Below are positions 62,791 to 64,000 of a DNA stretch of 64,000 nt, piece by piece. The first letter of the stretch is position 1. Every line of letters starts with the position of its first letter. The DNA is from Eukaryota sp. GEM-RC1 (Eukaryota): NCBI GenBank assembly GCA_040285855.1, contig JAUFOQ010000005.1, forward strand, positions 434,001-498,000, read 5' to 3'. The translations under genes were made by a program, and so were the position numbers. The notes beneath the pieces are model-generated. The model did not search any database. It was not told where the DNA came from and saw only the letters and a program-made list of their open reading frames with translations.

Positions 62791-63334
62791 GAAGGGAAAA
62801 AACGAGCGAATTCTACTCATTATCGAAATCATGCTCGTTAGACATTCTGGGCCTAGAACGTACATCAGATAGCGTACGCAAGTTCCCTATAGCTCAAACT
62901 TGTACGTTTAACATCAAAACTAGGTCTAAAATGTATGAACTAATTTAGAATAACAAACAGCTCCAATTGGTTTTTACTGATTTTCATTGTTGTTACATCA
63001 CGACGTTCATTCATAAACAAGAAGTAGAAAGCTATTAAAATGTATATGTACGTGTAGCAAACAACTTCAAACTTCAACTTCTCGAATTCTTGTTGCTGGT
63101 AACAGGAAAATAAGTCTACCCAGCTGAGGGTTTATATATTCTTGTACAAGAATTGCTCATCGAATCATGTACCTATTTTGCAGACAGCATGACGTAAGAG
63201 AAACTTGCTCAGCGTACAAAGAAGGAAAATCCGGCTTGCTATTCTGACAGCTCTCCAAAACAGTCAATTGAAACGAAACGTTTGATCCTCCAAAAATTGA
63301 CCGAAAAGGATTTTGTTTTGATTCAAATCTTGAA

Positions 63335-64000
63335 GTGATGCTCTGGGGTTTTTTGAGGAATCCACCGAAGATCTTAGGAATCGATTTGGGTACAACGAAT
63401 ACTCTCTTTTCCATCAATGAAAGATCTATTGGTAACGATCTCCACACTCCCTGCACTCTTATTCCCACGAAATTGTTTCTGGAAGACGGCCTATCACGTT
63501 TTTATGTCGGTACCGTTGCTTTAAACAAGTTTGACAAGAATGTAAAGGGCACTCTCATTCATGAACTGTCTGGAACTGTTTTGTTTGTAAATGCAGCAAA
63601 CGTATTCATGGCTTACCAGTGGCGAACGGTGTTGTGCAGAACTTCGTAAAAGGACCACCACGTCCATCCACCAATGAAAGCAGCTTTTGTCCAGTATCTA
63701 GATCTTGTAAACACTATTCCACCTAAATTGACATTAGAAAAAATATGATTTTTCAATAAATTCGGGTTGACTTGCAAAAGATAAGCCAAGATTTCGGTTC
63801 TAATTTGTTGAAAGCCCGACAGAAATCAATTGATAACTCGGGGCCAGAGATTTTAAAAGATGGGTGATTATGCCAGAATAACACACTTTCAGCAGAAAGA
63901 ACTTCAAGTGTTTTTCTAGAGCCAGGGCTTTGATCTGATTTAGCGACTTTGTATATATATGTCCTTATTTCCTTTTAAAAATGGTTCTAATTAGAAATTA
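63335..64000 (+). pseudogene. Second Hsp70-like gene start, degenerate
   Basis: ILGIDLGTTNT...LIPTKLF...FYVG; frame breaks after about 63649. Confidence 0.55.

Overview
AT-rich, apparently intron-poor eukaryotic DNA, probably from a protist, forming a repeat- and pseudogene-rich region. No rRNA, tRNA or CRISPR array was recognised. (1) A segmental duplication (1-14467 vs 31339-45694) carries two ribonuclease-inhibitor/NLRC3-type LRR genes with 28-aa repeats, a hypervariable beta-strand face and a lineage-specific N-terminal 'QQSLLxLI' domain; further LRR pseudogene fragments are scattered through the window. (2) A full-length chromodomain-bearing Ty3/Gypsy element (23496-29785, minus strand) has identical 91-bp LTRs, a palindrome instead of a tRNA primer-binding site, and three in-frame TGA codons, two of them at a 17-bp long-range inverted repeat. 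A truncated relative and a second Gypsy family with 93-bp LTRs are also present. (3) Fragments of RLE-type (CRE-like) non-LTR retrotransposons. (4) At least six families of non-autonomous TIR elements (TA, 8-bp and 6-bp target duplications). (5) Host genes: a ceramidase/CREST-like 7-TM protein lacking its zinc ligands, a prokaryote-like CPBP protease, a DUF4185/DUF5005-like secreted protein, two divergent head-to-head Hsp70-like genes and kinase fragments. Several frameshifts lie in homopolymers and may be sequencing errors. All family assignments come from motif recognition by eye, not database searches.
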